In this document: one piece after another, positions 32,076-44,865 of the stretch
Numbering within the stretch: position 1 is the first letter of the stretch
How the letters are laid out: each line of letters opens with the position of its first letter
DNA from: an uncultured Verrucomicrobiae bacterium
GTDB lineage: Bacteria; Verrucomicrobiota; Verrucomicrobiia; Limisphaerales; Palsa-1400
DNA: 64,000 bases
NCBI GenBank assembly: GCA_963702845.1
Contig: OY969763.1
Span: 3,360,001-3,424,000 of the forward strand
Direction of reading: 5' to 3'
The notes under the pieces: generated by a model
Told to the model about the DNA's origin: nothing
The model's database searches: none
What the model saw: only the letters and a program-made list of their open reading frames with translations
Made by a program: the position numbers and the translations under genes

Positions 32076-32385
32076 GCGTTTTACCACGATTCCCTGGCAG
32101 CGTGATTCAACCAAGCTGTTTCACAAACCCAGTTGACCATTGATCGGGATGTTTGAGAAGCGATAATTGGTCGCCACCCGGTGCTCCCCACAATGCACGC
32201 GAGAGGTCCTGCGCTTGAATTGAAAAGCTGATAAATACAGTCGTTAAAAGAAGCCACAGTTTGGTTGCCAGCGACAAGGGGCGAGGATAGGGCGTGAAGG
32301 GGCGAGGAGGCAATCACAGACAGATTGTTAACTCCTTCGTCGCGTCCCGCAGGGCGGGACAAAGTGAAACTTCGTTTTGGGCGTT

Positions 32386-32456
32386 TTACCCAGGGAAGCA
32401 CCCCCGCTGCCCTCTGCATCCCTGGGCTAAGTGACTAAACCCACTTTGGGGTTTAA
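32386..32456. repeat. Intergenic palindrome (CCCAGGG...CCCTGGG type)
   Basis: acccaggga...tccctgggct plus the taaaccc...gggttta hairpin. Confidence 0.5.
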
Positions 32457-32574
32457 CTACACGCAGAAGGCGAAGCGGCGAATGAGGGCTGCATGGACTC
32501 ACACGGACTTTCACGGACAGAGCGGAATGTCCGACTCACGACGAACGTCGCCCTCGCTATTTTGCGGGGTCGGT

Positions 32575-33336
32575 TCAATCCGCGCTCCATTGGTAATCGT
32601 AGCCAACCGGAGGGTCGTAATCGGCAGCATTTCGGACGTATGCGATTCCTCCAGATTCGATGCGGTTGGAGTTCCAATAAATTTTTACGTAGTTCACGTG
32701 GCCGTCCACGAAACTCATCATGTTTTTTGCGTCGTTGAAAACCGCGTTTTCCACTGCCAAAGGCTTTTTGGACTCGTGCCAGGACCAGGGAAAAAGCGAT
32801 GAGAGCTCCGCAATCAGAACGGTCTTCGCAGGTTCCCGAACGGAACTGACCTTTTTTCCGGCAAGGCCAGGTGTGTTGATTGCGAGGATCGGGTTAGTCG
32901 TTCCTGCGTTGAACCCGTAACTGGAATAATCGGAAAACGACTCGTCACGAAATCCGCGCTGGATGTAGCCGTCTCCGCCAAGCCTCAAGTCGTAGTAAAA
33001 CAGATCCGCCGGACAGCCAAACACCCGATCCTTCGACGATGATGCTGCCTTTAAACCGAGGTTGGTCTTGATGAGTTTTCTAAAACCAGTGAACGCAACC
33101 ATGTTCTGCAGCGATGGCGACTTATTAGTGGCGGGGGTGCTGGGCGACCAATCACTAAAATCGTCGGTATACATTCGTAATCCGCGATTCACTTCGCGCA
33201 GGTTATTCATGCACACCGTTCGCATTCCCTTTGCTTTTGCGCTGTTGAGCGCTGGTAATATTAAAGCCGCCAGAATCGCAATCACCGCTAAAACCACCAA
33301 CAACTCAGTGAGCGTAAATGCACGTTTCAAATTCAA
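32575..33336 (-). CDS. Prepilin-type N-terminal cleavage/methylation protein (pseudopilin-like), paralog 3
   Basis: RA|FTLTE, CMNNLR, FGCPAD, SSYGFN, SFVDGHV; TTG start overlaps the upstream TGA. Confidence 0.9.
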   Translation of the reverse strand: MNLKRAFTLTELLVVLAVIAILAALILPALNSAKAKGMRTVCMNNLREVNRGLRMYTDDFSDWSPSTPATNKSPSLQNMVAFTGFRKLIKTNLGLKAASSSKDRVFGCPADLFYYDLRLGGDGYIQRGFRDESFSDYSSYGFNAGTTNPILAINTPGLAGKKVSSVREPAKTVLIAELSSLFPWSWHESKKPLAVENAVFNDAKNMMSFVDGHVNYVKIYWNSNRIESGGIAYVRNAADYDPPVGYDYQWSAD

Positions 33337-34760
33337 TTGAGCGTCGTAAATTTCTGCCGTATCAATTCGACAGTGTTCGTCGTCTTTCGCTCCAGGCTCA
33401 CCAGTTCAAGACGCACTGTCGTTCCGGCCTTTCCACGGATGAGGCCAAGGCACTCCGTCATGCTTTTGCCCGAGGTCGGAACATCATTCACCTTTTGCAC
33501 CACGAGGCCAACCGACAAACCGGCTTGAGTCGCGGGAGAGTTCGGAAAAACTTTTGTAATCTTGAGCGCATGAGTTGGCCCATCAAAATTAAGTTCTGCT
33601 CCGATGCCGACAATTTCGGCCTGGTTGCCCGCCAGCAAAACCGCCGCGATTTGCGGCGTCAATCGCGTTCCTTCCAACAGAAGCCATCCGATCGAGTCAG
33701 CTTGCAGTCCGCCGGCGGTTTGTTGATTGAACAACACAACGACGCCCCGGTGTTTCTCTCGGTCAAAACCGACGAAGGCATTGTAGCCGACCGTTTGACC
33801 ACCGTGTCCCAGCGGTTTCGTTCCATCGTCCATTCCATGATCATACCAATCCATGGCTGTGGTGCGGTGCTTTGGTGGGGCACTATGACGAGGCCTCTGT
33901 GTTTTTTCCATTAGCGGTGTGAGGCTGGACTGCGTCAGACCAACGTTGGCATTGACGTATTTCAGCAGATCATTCGCGGTCGAACGCAAAGCGCTTGCAC
34001 CGGACATTGCGAGAAAATCCTGATTCGCCAGGGGATGGCCGGAGCGATCGTGGCCTTTCGCGACACGGGACTTCAGTTCATCCGTGAGTGTGATGCGCGT
34101 GCTGTCCATTTTCAGCGGCCGACAAATCCGTTCGACCACCAGCGACTCATAATCGGCCTTCGCTTTCAGCCTGATAACATGCGCCAGCAAGGCCATCCCC
34201 ACGTTGGAATACTCCCATTTGGCACCAGGATCGCGAGTGAGAGTGTAACCCGACAGAAAGGCATACAGTCTTTCGACCGTATAGCTGGAATAAGCCTTGT
34301 TCCCGTCTCCCTGCGAAAAATTGTTCGGGAATTCCGGGAGGCCGGAAGTGTGCGCGGCCAGTTCAAGCAGGGTAATTTCTTTTCCGTTGTGGATCGGCAT
34401 CGTGACCGACCGGGGCAGATACTTTGAAATCGGATCATCCAACTTCATCTCTCCACGCTCGACCATGTCTTGTAGTAACAATGCGGTGAACGTCTTTGTA
34501 ACCGAGCCGATTTCGAAAACGGTGTCGCCATCGATTTTCCTTCCCGTGCCGTTGTCTAAACCGCCAGCGCTGAAAGTCCTGCTGCCACGCTCGTCCACCA
34601 AGCCAACGACCATGCCGACGCTCTTGCCATCAAAGTTATCATGGAGGAAGGCTTTGATCGCAGTGTCGTCATTGAAGCCGTCCTGGGCTGCACGCGCAAA
34701 TTGACCAGCCAATAAAAAAAGCGCAGCGAAGCAGGAATATTTAACGATTATAACCTTCAT
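33333..34760 (-). CDS. Secreted serine hydrolase (class C beta-lactamase/PBP-like) with C-terminal PDZ domain
   Basis: FEIGSVTK (SxxK), YSN, HGG; PDZ GIGAEL...PNSPATQAGL...IRGKAGT. Confidence 0.9.
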   Translation of the reverse strand: MKVIIVKYSCFAALFLLAGQFARAAQDGFNDDTAIKAFLHDNFDGKSVGMVVGLVDERGSRTFSAGGLDNGTGRKIDGDTVFEIGSVTKTFTALLLQDMVERGEMKLDDPISKYLPRSVTMPIHNGKEITLLELAAHTSGLPEFPNNFSQGDGNKAYSSYTVERLYAFLSGYTLTRDPGAKWEYSNVGMALLAHVIRLKAKADYESLVVERICRPLKMDSTRITLTDELKSRVAKGHDRSGHPLANQDFLAMSGASALRSTANDLLKYVNANVGLTQSSLTPLMEKTQRPRHSAPPKHRTTAMDWYDHGMDDGTKPLGHGGQTVGYNAFVGFDREKHRGVVVLFNQQTAGGLQADSIGWLLLEGTRLTPQIAAVLLAGNQAEIVGIGAELNFDGPTHALKITKVFPNSPATQAGLSVGLVVQKVNDVPTSGKSMTECLGLIRGKAGTTVRLELVSLERKTTNTVELIRQKFTTLN

Positions 34761-34762
34761 AA

Positions 34763-35487
34763 TTAATCTCCGCTCCATTGGTAGTCGTATCCAGGAGGCG
34801 GATCGAATGCCAACGTCGGAGAATAAGTCATTTCCCAATACATTTCGATATAGCTCACATGGCCGTCCGCAAAACTAACCATGTTCTTCGCATCCTTAAA
34901 AAGCACCGATCCATTTTTTCCAAGTGGTTTCGGATTGTGCCACGACCAGGGATAAAATGCCGGCATTTCCGCAACGAGCACGGTTTTGGTTGGATGCCTT
35001 ATCGAACTGAGTTTTCGTCCGGCCAGTCCGGGGCTATTAGTGCCAAAGACCGTCAACGTTCCAGAGTTGAACCAATAACTTGAATAATCATTGGTAGCCT
35101 GATCGTGAAAGCTCTTAGCTACGTAAGTGTAATTCGTTTGGGTGAACTCGTAATAGAACGCGTCTGCCGGACAGGCGAATAATTTGTCGCGTGCCGACGA
35201 TTGCCCGTTAAGCCCGACATAACTCTTCATCAATTTTTTGTAACCTGCGAAGTCGATCAGATACGAATTACTCGTTTGCAGACTGGTTGGCGGGGTATCG
35301 GAATGATCATCGGAATACATCCGCAATCCCAAATTGATTTGGCGCAAGTTATTCATGCACGCCATCCGCCTTGCTTATCTTTTGCGCGGCTCAACGTCAC
35401 AAACAACAACGCGGCGAGAATCGCAACGATGGCAATTGCCACGAACAATTCGACCAAGGTGAATGCTGATTTCTGGTTGGCGTTCAA
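34763..35487 (-). CDS. Prepilin-type pseudopilin-like protein, paralog 2; one frameshift near 35372
   Basis: TTG 35487 gives MNANQKSA|FTLVELFVAIAIVAILAALL..., joining ORF 34763-35365 (CMNNLRQI, FACPAD, SFADGHV). Confidence 0.85.
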
Positions 35488-36245
35488 TCTCCGCACCATT
35501 TGTAGTCATAACCCGCCGGCGGATCATAGTGCCATGCTTCCTCGTGACCAACCCACACATTTTTTGTGTCGAGATACATTTTGATGTAGCTGACGTGTCC
35601 GTCGACAAAGCTAACAACATCCTGCGCGTTGTTGAAGTGACAGACGTTGATGGAATCGTCGCGGATATGCGGGTCGTGCCAGGAGTAAGGCCAAAACGCG
35701 GCGGCCTCGGCCAGCAGAATGGTTTTGCTCGGCTCTTTTATGCTCGTGAGACGCCGCCCCGCGATGCCTTGGAAATTGGTGTTGTAGTTTCCCGCGTTGA
35801 ACGCGTAGCTCGAATAGTCATTCCGCGCGCGCGAATGTTCACCCCCGGAAGAACGTGCGCCTTCAAAGTCGGTATAGCACCAGGTGTCCGATGGGCATGC
35901 AAAAAGCGCATCATGCTCTGACGAGGCACCCCGGAGCGCGACGTAGTGCTTCATGTATTGTTTGTATGCGCCCCAAACTCGGTCTGGATTGCTCCCAGGC
36001 GGCGGCACGGACTGATTAGCGTCATCGGCATACATACGAACGCCCGCGGTGATCTGTCGCAAATTATTGATGCACGCTGCCTTTCGTCCCTTTTCCCGGG
36101 CCCGGCTCAACGGCGTCAGTATCAACGCCGCCAGAATTCCGATAATCGCGAGGACAACGAGCATCTCAATCAAGGTAAAGCCGTTGTCGGCGCCGAAGAT
36201 TACTTGCCGCTTGCTACGGCTACTTTTTGTATCGGATGCTTCCAT
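35484..36245 (-). CDS. Prepilin-type pseudopilin-like protein, paralog 1
   Basis: NG|FTLIE, CINNLRQI, FACPSD, SSYAFN, SFVDGHV; start uncertain. Confidence 0.88.
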   Translation of the reverse strand: MEASDTKSSRSKRQVIFGADNGFTLIEMLVVLAIIGILAALILTPLSRAREKGRKAACINNLRQITAGVRMYADDANQSVPPPGSNPDRVWGAYKQYMKHYVALRGASSEHDALFACPSDTWCYTDFEGARSSGGEHSRARNDYSSYAFNAGNYNTNFQGIAGRRLTSIKEPSKTILLAEAAAFWPYSWHDPHIRDDSINVCHFNNAQDVVSFVDGHVSYIKMYLDTKNVWVGHEEAWHYDPPAGYDYKWCGD

Positions 36246-37350
36246 CAGCGTAGACGATGATTTTGGCGGTATCGGCGGGCACATCTTTTTGTTGAACCAA
36301 TACGACCTTGCCAAGGTCGGGGCGTTCCATCAAGCGCGCCATCTTTCCCGTCGCGCGAATCTCCCAATGCGCATCGTCAATCATAGCGCCGTTCGAGGGC
36401 AGATACTGTTGCAACTCCGCTAAAGTCGTAGGCAGTTCGTCGTTGTGAGCCGCGGCGAAGGCTCGAATAGCCGGCGACACCTCTCGCATCAAGTCCATCT
36501 GTTGCATAATCGCGGACTTCTTGCTCATTTTATCGATTAACCCGGTTGGTTGTCCGGCGCCAGAATGGCTGCTCGCTAGAAAGTTCGTCGCGGTACCCGC
36601 AGCCAATAAAGCCGCTGCGCCAATCACCAGTGTCGTTTTGATTTTAGTCCAAGCCATAATTTTCAGAGTGTTTGTGATGAGGTTTGATGTCGATGAGGCC
36701 AAAGCCGTTCCTTGTGCTGAAGCGGTAGTCACGGATGTCGCGAGGCCAGTTGGCGCAGCTTGAGTGCCTTGCGCCGTCATTATTCCACCCAAAACCGAGG
36801 CGGTGAGAGTCACGCCTCGTTTCGCGAACGACTTCCGCAACTTCTCCAACGCCCGGTTCACCCGCATCTGCGCCGCTTCCTCCGTTGCTCCTAAAATGGT
36901 GGCCACTTCTTTGTAAGCTTTGCCCTCGAGAAATTTGAGCACGATGGCGTTGCGATCTTTTTCACCCAGATCGGCAATGACATCGTTTAACACTGGCTCG
37001 ATTTGCTGCCACATATCCGGGGTGTGGTCTGGGGAATTGGATTGCATGAAAACCTCCTGTTCGCGACGGATCCGGCGCATTTCCGTTCGCGAATAATTGG
37101 CAGCCGTCAGCCGTGCGGTGCGAAACAACCAGCCAGAAAGAATTGTTTCCGAGCCGAGCGATTGCGCCTTGCGCGTCAGGATGACAAACACCGCCTGGGT
37201 GATTTCCTCGGCCTGATGATGATTTCTTACGGCTCGCAGAGCTGTTGAATAGACGAGGTTGATATGACGCGACACGAGCGTGGCGAACGCTGCTTCGGAA
37301 TTGTCCAAGGCATATTTGCGCAACAACTCGATGTCATCCAATTCTCCCAT
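36220..37350 (-). CDS. ECF sigma-70 factor with TM-anchored C-terminal extension
   Basis: Region 2 (AFATLVSRHINLVY, AEEITQAVF, GWLFRTAR), region 4 (YKEVA...RALEKLR), AAPTGL linker, TM helix, about 100-aa tail. Confidence 0.92.
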   Translation of the reverse strand: MGELDDIELLRKYALDNSEAAFATLVSRHINLVYSTALRAVRNHHQAEEITQAVFVILTRKAQSLGSETILSGWLFRTARLTAANYSRTEMRRIRREQEVFMQSNSPDHTPDMWQQIEPVLNDVIADLGEKDRNAIVLKFLEGKAYKEVATILGATEEAAQMRVNRALEKLRKSFAKRGVTLTASVLGGIMTAQGTQAAPTGLATSVTTASAQGTALASSTSNLITNTLKIMAWTKIKTTLVIGAAALLAAGTATNFLASSHSGAGQPTGLIDKMSKKSAIMQQMDLMREVSPAIRAFAAAHNDELPTTLAELQQYLPSNGAMIDDAHWEIRATGKMARLMERPDLGKVVLVQQKDVPADTAKIIVYADGSIRYKK

Positions 37351-38165
37351 TCATATATTAATGTCCGCTTCCGGCGAAACCCAACAGACAAATTCAGGGC
37401 GTTTATGTCTACCCAGAGTTCCGGCGCACTTTCATAACAAGTTAAACGAGGATGGTTCGCGTGAATCAATGATCAGCAGCTTGTTTGGTTTGGGGTGTGC
37501 CTTTTTCTATAGACATGTCGCCCCTAAAGAGGGTTCGGGCACAGGACGAAACGGGGAACAAGGACTTTTTTCACGGAACCCACACGGACTTTCACGGGCA
37601 GAGAGAAGGTAGAGACTTGCACGACGGAACAAATTATTTTGACCCACGCTCGCGCGAGCTCCTCGTCTCCTACGATAGTTGACGGAGGACGTGGCGCGAT
37701 CATCCCTACCTTATCCTTACGGAAGCGCGCTGGAAGGTTTGGACACTTGAGGTATCGAATAAATACAAAAAAAACCGGCCTAGGTGGTCAGGAGATGACC
37801 AAAAAGGCCGGGGAATTTTCGAATTTAGTACAATTAGTAGGATTAGGGGTTTCCCAATACTGGCCTGTACAACACCAATACTGAAAATTTACTCGGGCAA
37901 CAAAGAACAATTCCATTATCTTTGCCCGCAAAATCTATCCCAATCCGGTTCCTACCAAACCATATATGGGCTTCTTAGTCAATAGACATCTGTATCATGA
38001 AATTTATTCAAAGATTTTTCACGTAATCTTGTGCGTTTCGTTGAATTGGCTAAACCCATACAAATCATCAGGATAACTGATGCTTCGCCTCGGAAAAGAG
38101 TTTCCGCTCGACCTACTTTACGTGCAAACACATAATCTTCCGGCCTTAGACCAGGTCAGTAAACC

Positions 38166-41543
<3,378 letters not shown>

Positions 41544-41639
41544 CGGATTCGATCCGTCATCGAGTGATGGACGGATTATGTTTTTCTTTCCCTTAGTGTC
41601 CACATGTCCGCATTTTGAAAGTTGAATTCTGAATTTTTG

Positions 41640-43062
41640 ATGAAAATGATTACTCCTAAAAGTGTAATTGATAGTGCGAAGAAACAGGGTGCGAAGATGG
41701 TTGACGTGAAGTTCGTCGATACCTTCGGCACCTGGCAACACTTCACCGTCCCTATGGGCGAACTGACCGAAGAAGTCTTCGAAGAAGGTTTCGGTTTCGA
41801 CGGTTCTTCCATCCGTGGATGGAAATCGATCGAAGCGTCCGACATGCTCGCCATGCCCGACCCGACGACTGCCTTCATCGATCCTTTCTGCGCTGACCCT
41901 ACGCTGTCGCTGACCTGCACCATCGCCGAAACCGGCACCAAAGAAGCCTATAACCGCGATCCTCGCGGCATCGCGCAACGTGGTCGAGAAATATCTGCAA
42001 TCGCACCAAGATCGCCGATACCGCCGTGTTCGGTCCCGAAGCTGAGTTCTTCATTTTCGATAACGTCCAGTATGATTCCAAAGCCAACGGCACCTTCTAC
42101 TCCGTTGATTCCGAAGAAGCGATTTGGAACTCCGGCCGCGATGAAATGCCCAACCTCGGCTACAAGATCCGCTACAAGGAAGGTTACTTCCCGGTCGCGC
42201 CCGTCGGACACGCAGCAGGACATCCGCACCGAGATGTGCCTGGTGATGGAACAGCTCGGCGATCAAAATGGAACGTCAACATCACGAAGTCGCCACTGCC
42301 GGGCAGGCCGAAATCGATTTTCGTTTCGACACCCTGGTTAAGACCGCCGACACGATGATGCTTTACAAATACATCATCAAGAACGTCGCGCGTAAACACG
42401 GCAAGACAGCCACCTTCATGCCCAAGCCTTTGTTCGGAGATAACGGTTCTGGCATGCACACGCATCAATCGTTGTGGTACAAGGGCAAGCCGTTATTCGC
42501 TGGTAAAGAATATGCCGGCTTGAGCCAGATGGCGCTCTATTACATCGGCGGTATTTTGAAACACGCCAAAGCCTTGTGCGCAATCTGCAATCCGACGACG
42601 AACAGCTATAAGCGATTGGTTCCGGGCTATGAAGCGCCGGTTAACCTCGCTTACAGCGCCCGTAATCGTTCCGCAGCGATTCGTATTCCGACCTTCAGCG
42701 AAAGCCCGAAGGCCAAGCGCATTGAGTATCGTCCGCCGGATCCGGCGGCGAACCCTTACCTCGCCTACACCGCCCTGCTCATGGCAGGTCTCGATGGCGT
42801 GTTGAACAAGATTGAACCGGGCGAACCGCTGGACAAAAACATCTACGAACTGCCTCCGGAAGAACTGAAGAAGGTTCCGAATGTCCCCGGCAGCCTCGGC
42901 GAAGCGCTGGACTGTTTGGAGAAGGACAATGCATTCCTGCTCAAGGGCGACGTATTCACCGCTGACTTCCTGGAAATGTGGATAACTCACAAGCGCAAGG
43001 AACATGATGCGCTGCGTTTGCGTCCGCATCCGTATGAATTTTTCCTTTATTACGACGTATAA
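41640..43062 (+). CDS. glnA: Glutamine synthetase type I; frameshifts near 41985, 42200 and 42265
   Basis: [56 protein letters not shown]. Confidence 0.95.
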
Positions 43063-43457
43063 TTGAAGTGAACATCACAGAACCCTTGATAATCGGGCAC
43101 GAAACTGAGGTGACCTTAATGGAATGCCTGATTTTGAAGGGTTTTCTGGGTTGTGAATAACTCGTGAATAAGACTTTATATATTGTCCTAGTCACGGAAG
43201 CAAAAGACGCTTAAAAACTTCCCACACCCATTCGGTGACGGGCATGTGGAATTTATTCGATTGAAAACTAACTAAATGTCACCTGCCCGAGTGGAATAGA
43301 ATTTACTGTGTATCAAAGACTTACAACGAAGATAGTTTGCTTCGTCCCGAAGAATGGCGCGCATCGACAAATCAGGGTAATTAGTGTGAATTTTTCTGAA
43401 TTTTTGCGTCACTCTGCGGAAAGCCTGAAAAAGGGCGTTTTTGGTGCCGGTGAATAA
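42977..43457. promoter_or_regulatory. DnaA-box cluster upstream of dnaA
   Basis: Reverse-strand TTATCCACA 42977-42985 (inside glnA), TTATTCACA 43152-43160, TTATTCACG 43163-43171, TGATACACA 43307-43315, TTATTCACC 43449-43457. Confidence 0.7.
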
Positions 43458-43473
43458 AACGGGTTAATGGGTC

Positions 43474-44862
43474 ATGGAAAGAAAACAAATGCAAGCATCC
43501 GCGGAAACAATCTGGCAGGCAGCTCAGCAAGTGCTGCGCACAACGCTGAACCCCGACATCTACAATCTTTGGTTTCATCCGCTCAAAGCAGTCATGCTCG
43601 AGACGGACACGCTCACGCTCGAAGTCGGCGACGATTTTTGTGAAGTATGGCTGAAGGACAACTACGCCGGTTTGCTGCGTGACGTGCTCTCGACCGTTTC
43701 GAGCCAGCAAATGAAGGTGAAGTTTATGGTGGCCAACGGCGCTCCGGCGTCGGTCTCGACACCGAAACCCACGGAAGAGATCAAAGCCAAAGCGAAGATT
43801 TCGATTGAAGTAGCCGAACGCAGCACCACCAAAACAACTGAAGGTTCTTTCAACCCCAAGAACACGTTCGATACGTTCGTGGTCGGCGAAAATAACAATC
43901 ATGCTCATGCGGCGGCGCAAGCCGTTGCTTCGGCGCCCGGAAAATCTTACAACCCGCTGTTCCTCCACGGAGGCGTTGGTCTAGGTAAGACTCACCTGCT
44001 CCATGCCATCGGCCAGCACGTCGCCAATCATAAGAAGGGCGCGCGCGTCATGTATTTGTCTTCGGAGAAGTTCACGAACGAATACATCGACGCCATCCAA
44101 AACAATTCAGTGGTTAAGTTCCGCCGCAAATATCGCCAGGCGGATGTGCTGTTGATCGACGACATCCAATTTCTCGCAGGCAAGGAACGTATCCAGGAAG
44201 AATTTTTCCACACGTTCAACGCCCTTCACGAAGCGCACAAACAAATCGTGCTCTCGTGCGATCGTCCGGCGAGTGAAATTCAAAATCTCGAACAGCGCCT
44301 TGTCTCGCGTTTCGAATGGGGTCTGGTTTGCGAAATGCAGGCGCCCGATCCCGAAACGCGCATGGCCATCTTGCGCAAAAAAGCCGCGGCGATGGGCGTC
44401 GAGTTGCCGGAAGACATTCTACAGTTCCTGGCGAACAGGATTCGCACGAACATTCGTCGCCTTGAGGGCGCGCTGATTCGCGTGGCTTCGTTTGCGTCAC
44501 TTACGGGCAAGAAGCTCACTCTTCAAACGGTTGAGAGTCTCCTGCGCGAAGTGCTGCACGAAGAAGGCCGGTTCGCCATCAACATCGATTCGATTCAAAA
44601 GCGCGTTGCCGAACATTTCGACATTCGTCTTGCCGACATGACAAGCAAGCGCCGCCCGGAAAACATCGCTTTTCCCCGCCAGATCGCGATGTTCCTGTCG
44701 CGCCAAATGACCGAAAGTTCGTTGAACACCATCGGCGAAGCCTTCGGTGGCCGCGATCACGGGACCGTGCTGCACGCGTGCCGTTTGGTGAAAGACCGGA
44801 TGGAAGTTGATTCGCACGTCCGCCAGGTCGTGCATTATCTGGAAAAGCAATTGATGCGCTAG
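43474..44862 (+). CDS. dnaA: Chromosomal replication initiator DnaA
   Basis: YNPLFLHGGVGLGKTHL, LLIDDIQF, QEEFFHTFN, RLVSRFEWG, GGRDHGTVLHA. Confidence 0.98.
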   Translation: MERKQMQASAETIWQAAQQVLRTTLNPDIYNLWFHPLKAVMLETDTLTLEVGDDFCEVWLKDNYAGLLRDVLSTVSSQQMKVKFMVANGAPASVSTPKPTEEIKAKAKISIEVAERSTTKTTEGSFNPKNTFDTFVVGENNNHAHAAAQAVASAPGKSYNPLFLHGGVGLGKTHLLHAIGQHVANHKKGARVMYLSSEKFTNEYIDAIQNNSVVKFRRKYRQADVLLIDDIQFLAGKERIQEEFFHTFNALHEAHKQIVLSCDRPASEIQNLEQRLVSRFEWGLVCEMQAPDPETRMAILRKKAAAMGVELPEDILQFLANRIRTNIRRLEGALIRVASFASLTGKKLTLQTVESLLREVLHEEGRFAINIDSIQKRVAEHFDIRLADMTSKRRPENIAFPRQIAMFLSRQMTESSLNTIGEAFGGRDHGTVLHACRLVKDRMEVDSHVRQVVHYLEKQLMR

Positions 44863-44865
44863 GCG

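Noticed and set aside
32575..36245. Diversity-generating retroelement acting on the pseudopilin C-termini
   Set aside because: No reverse transcriptase; the copies differ at all base types, largely synonymously, not only at adenines
41640..43062. glnA pseudogene or programmed frameshifting
   Set aside because: All motifs are intact and similar indels are widespread, so sequencing error is more likely
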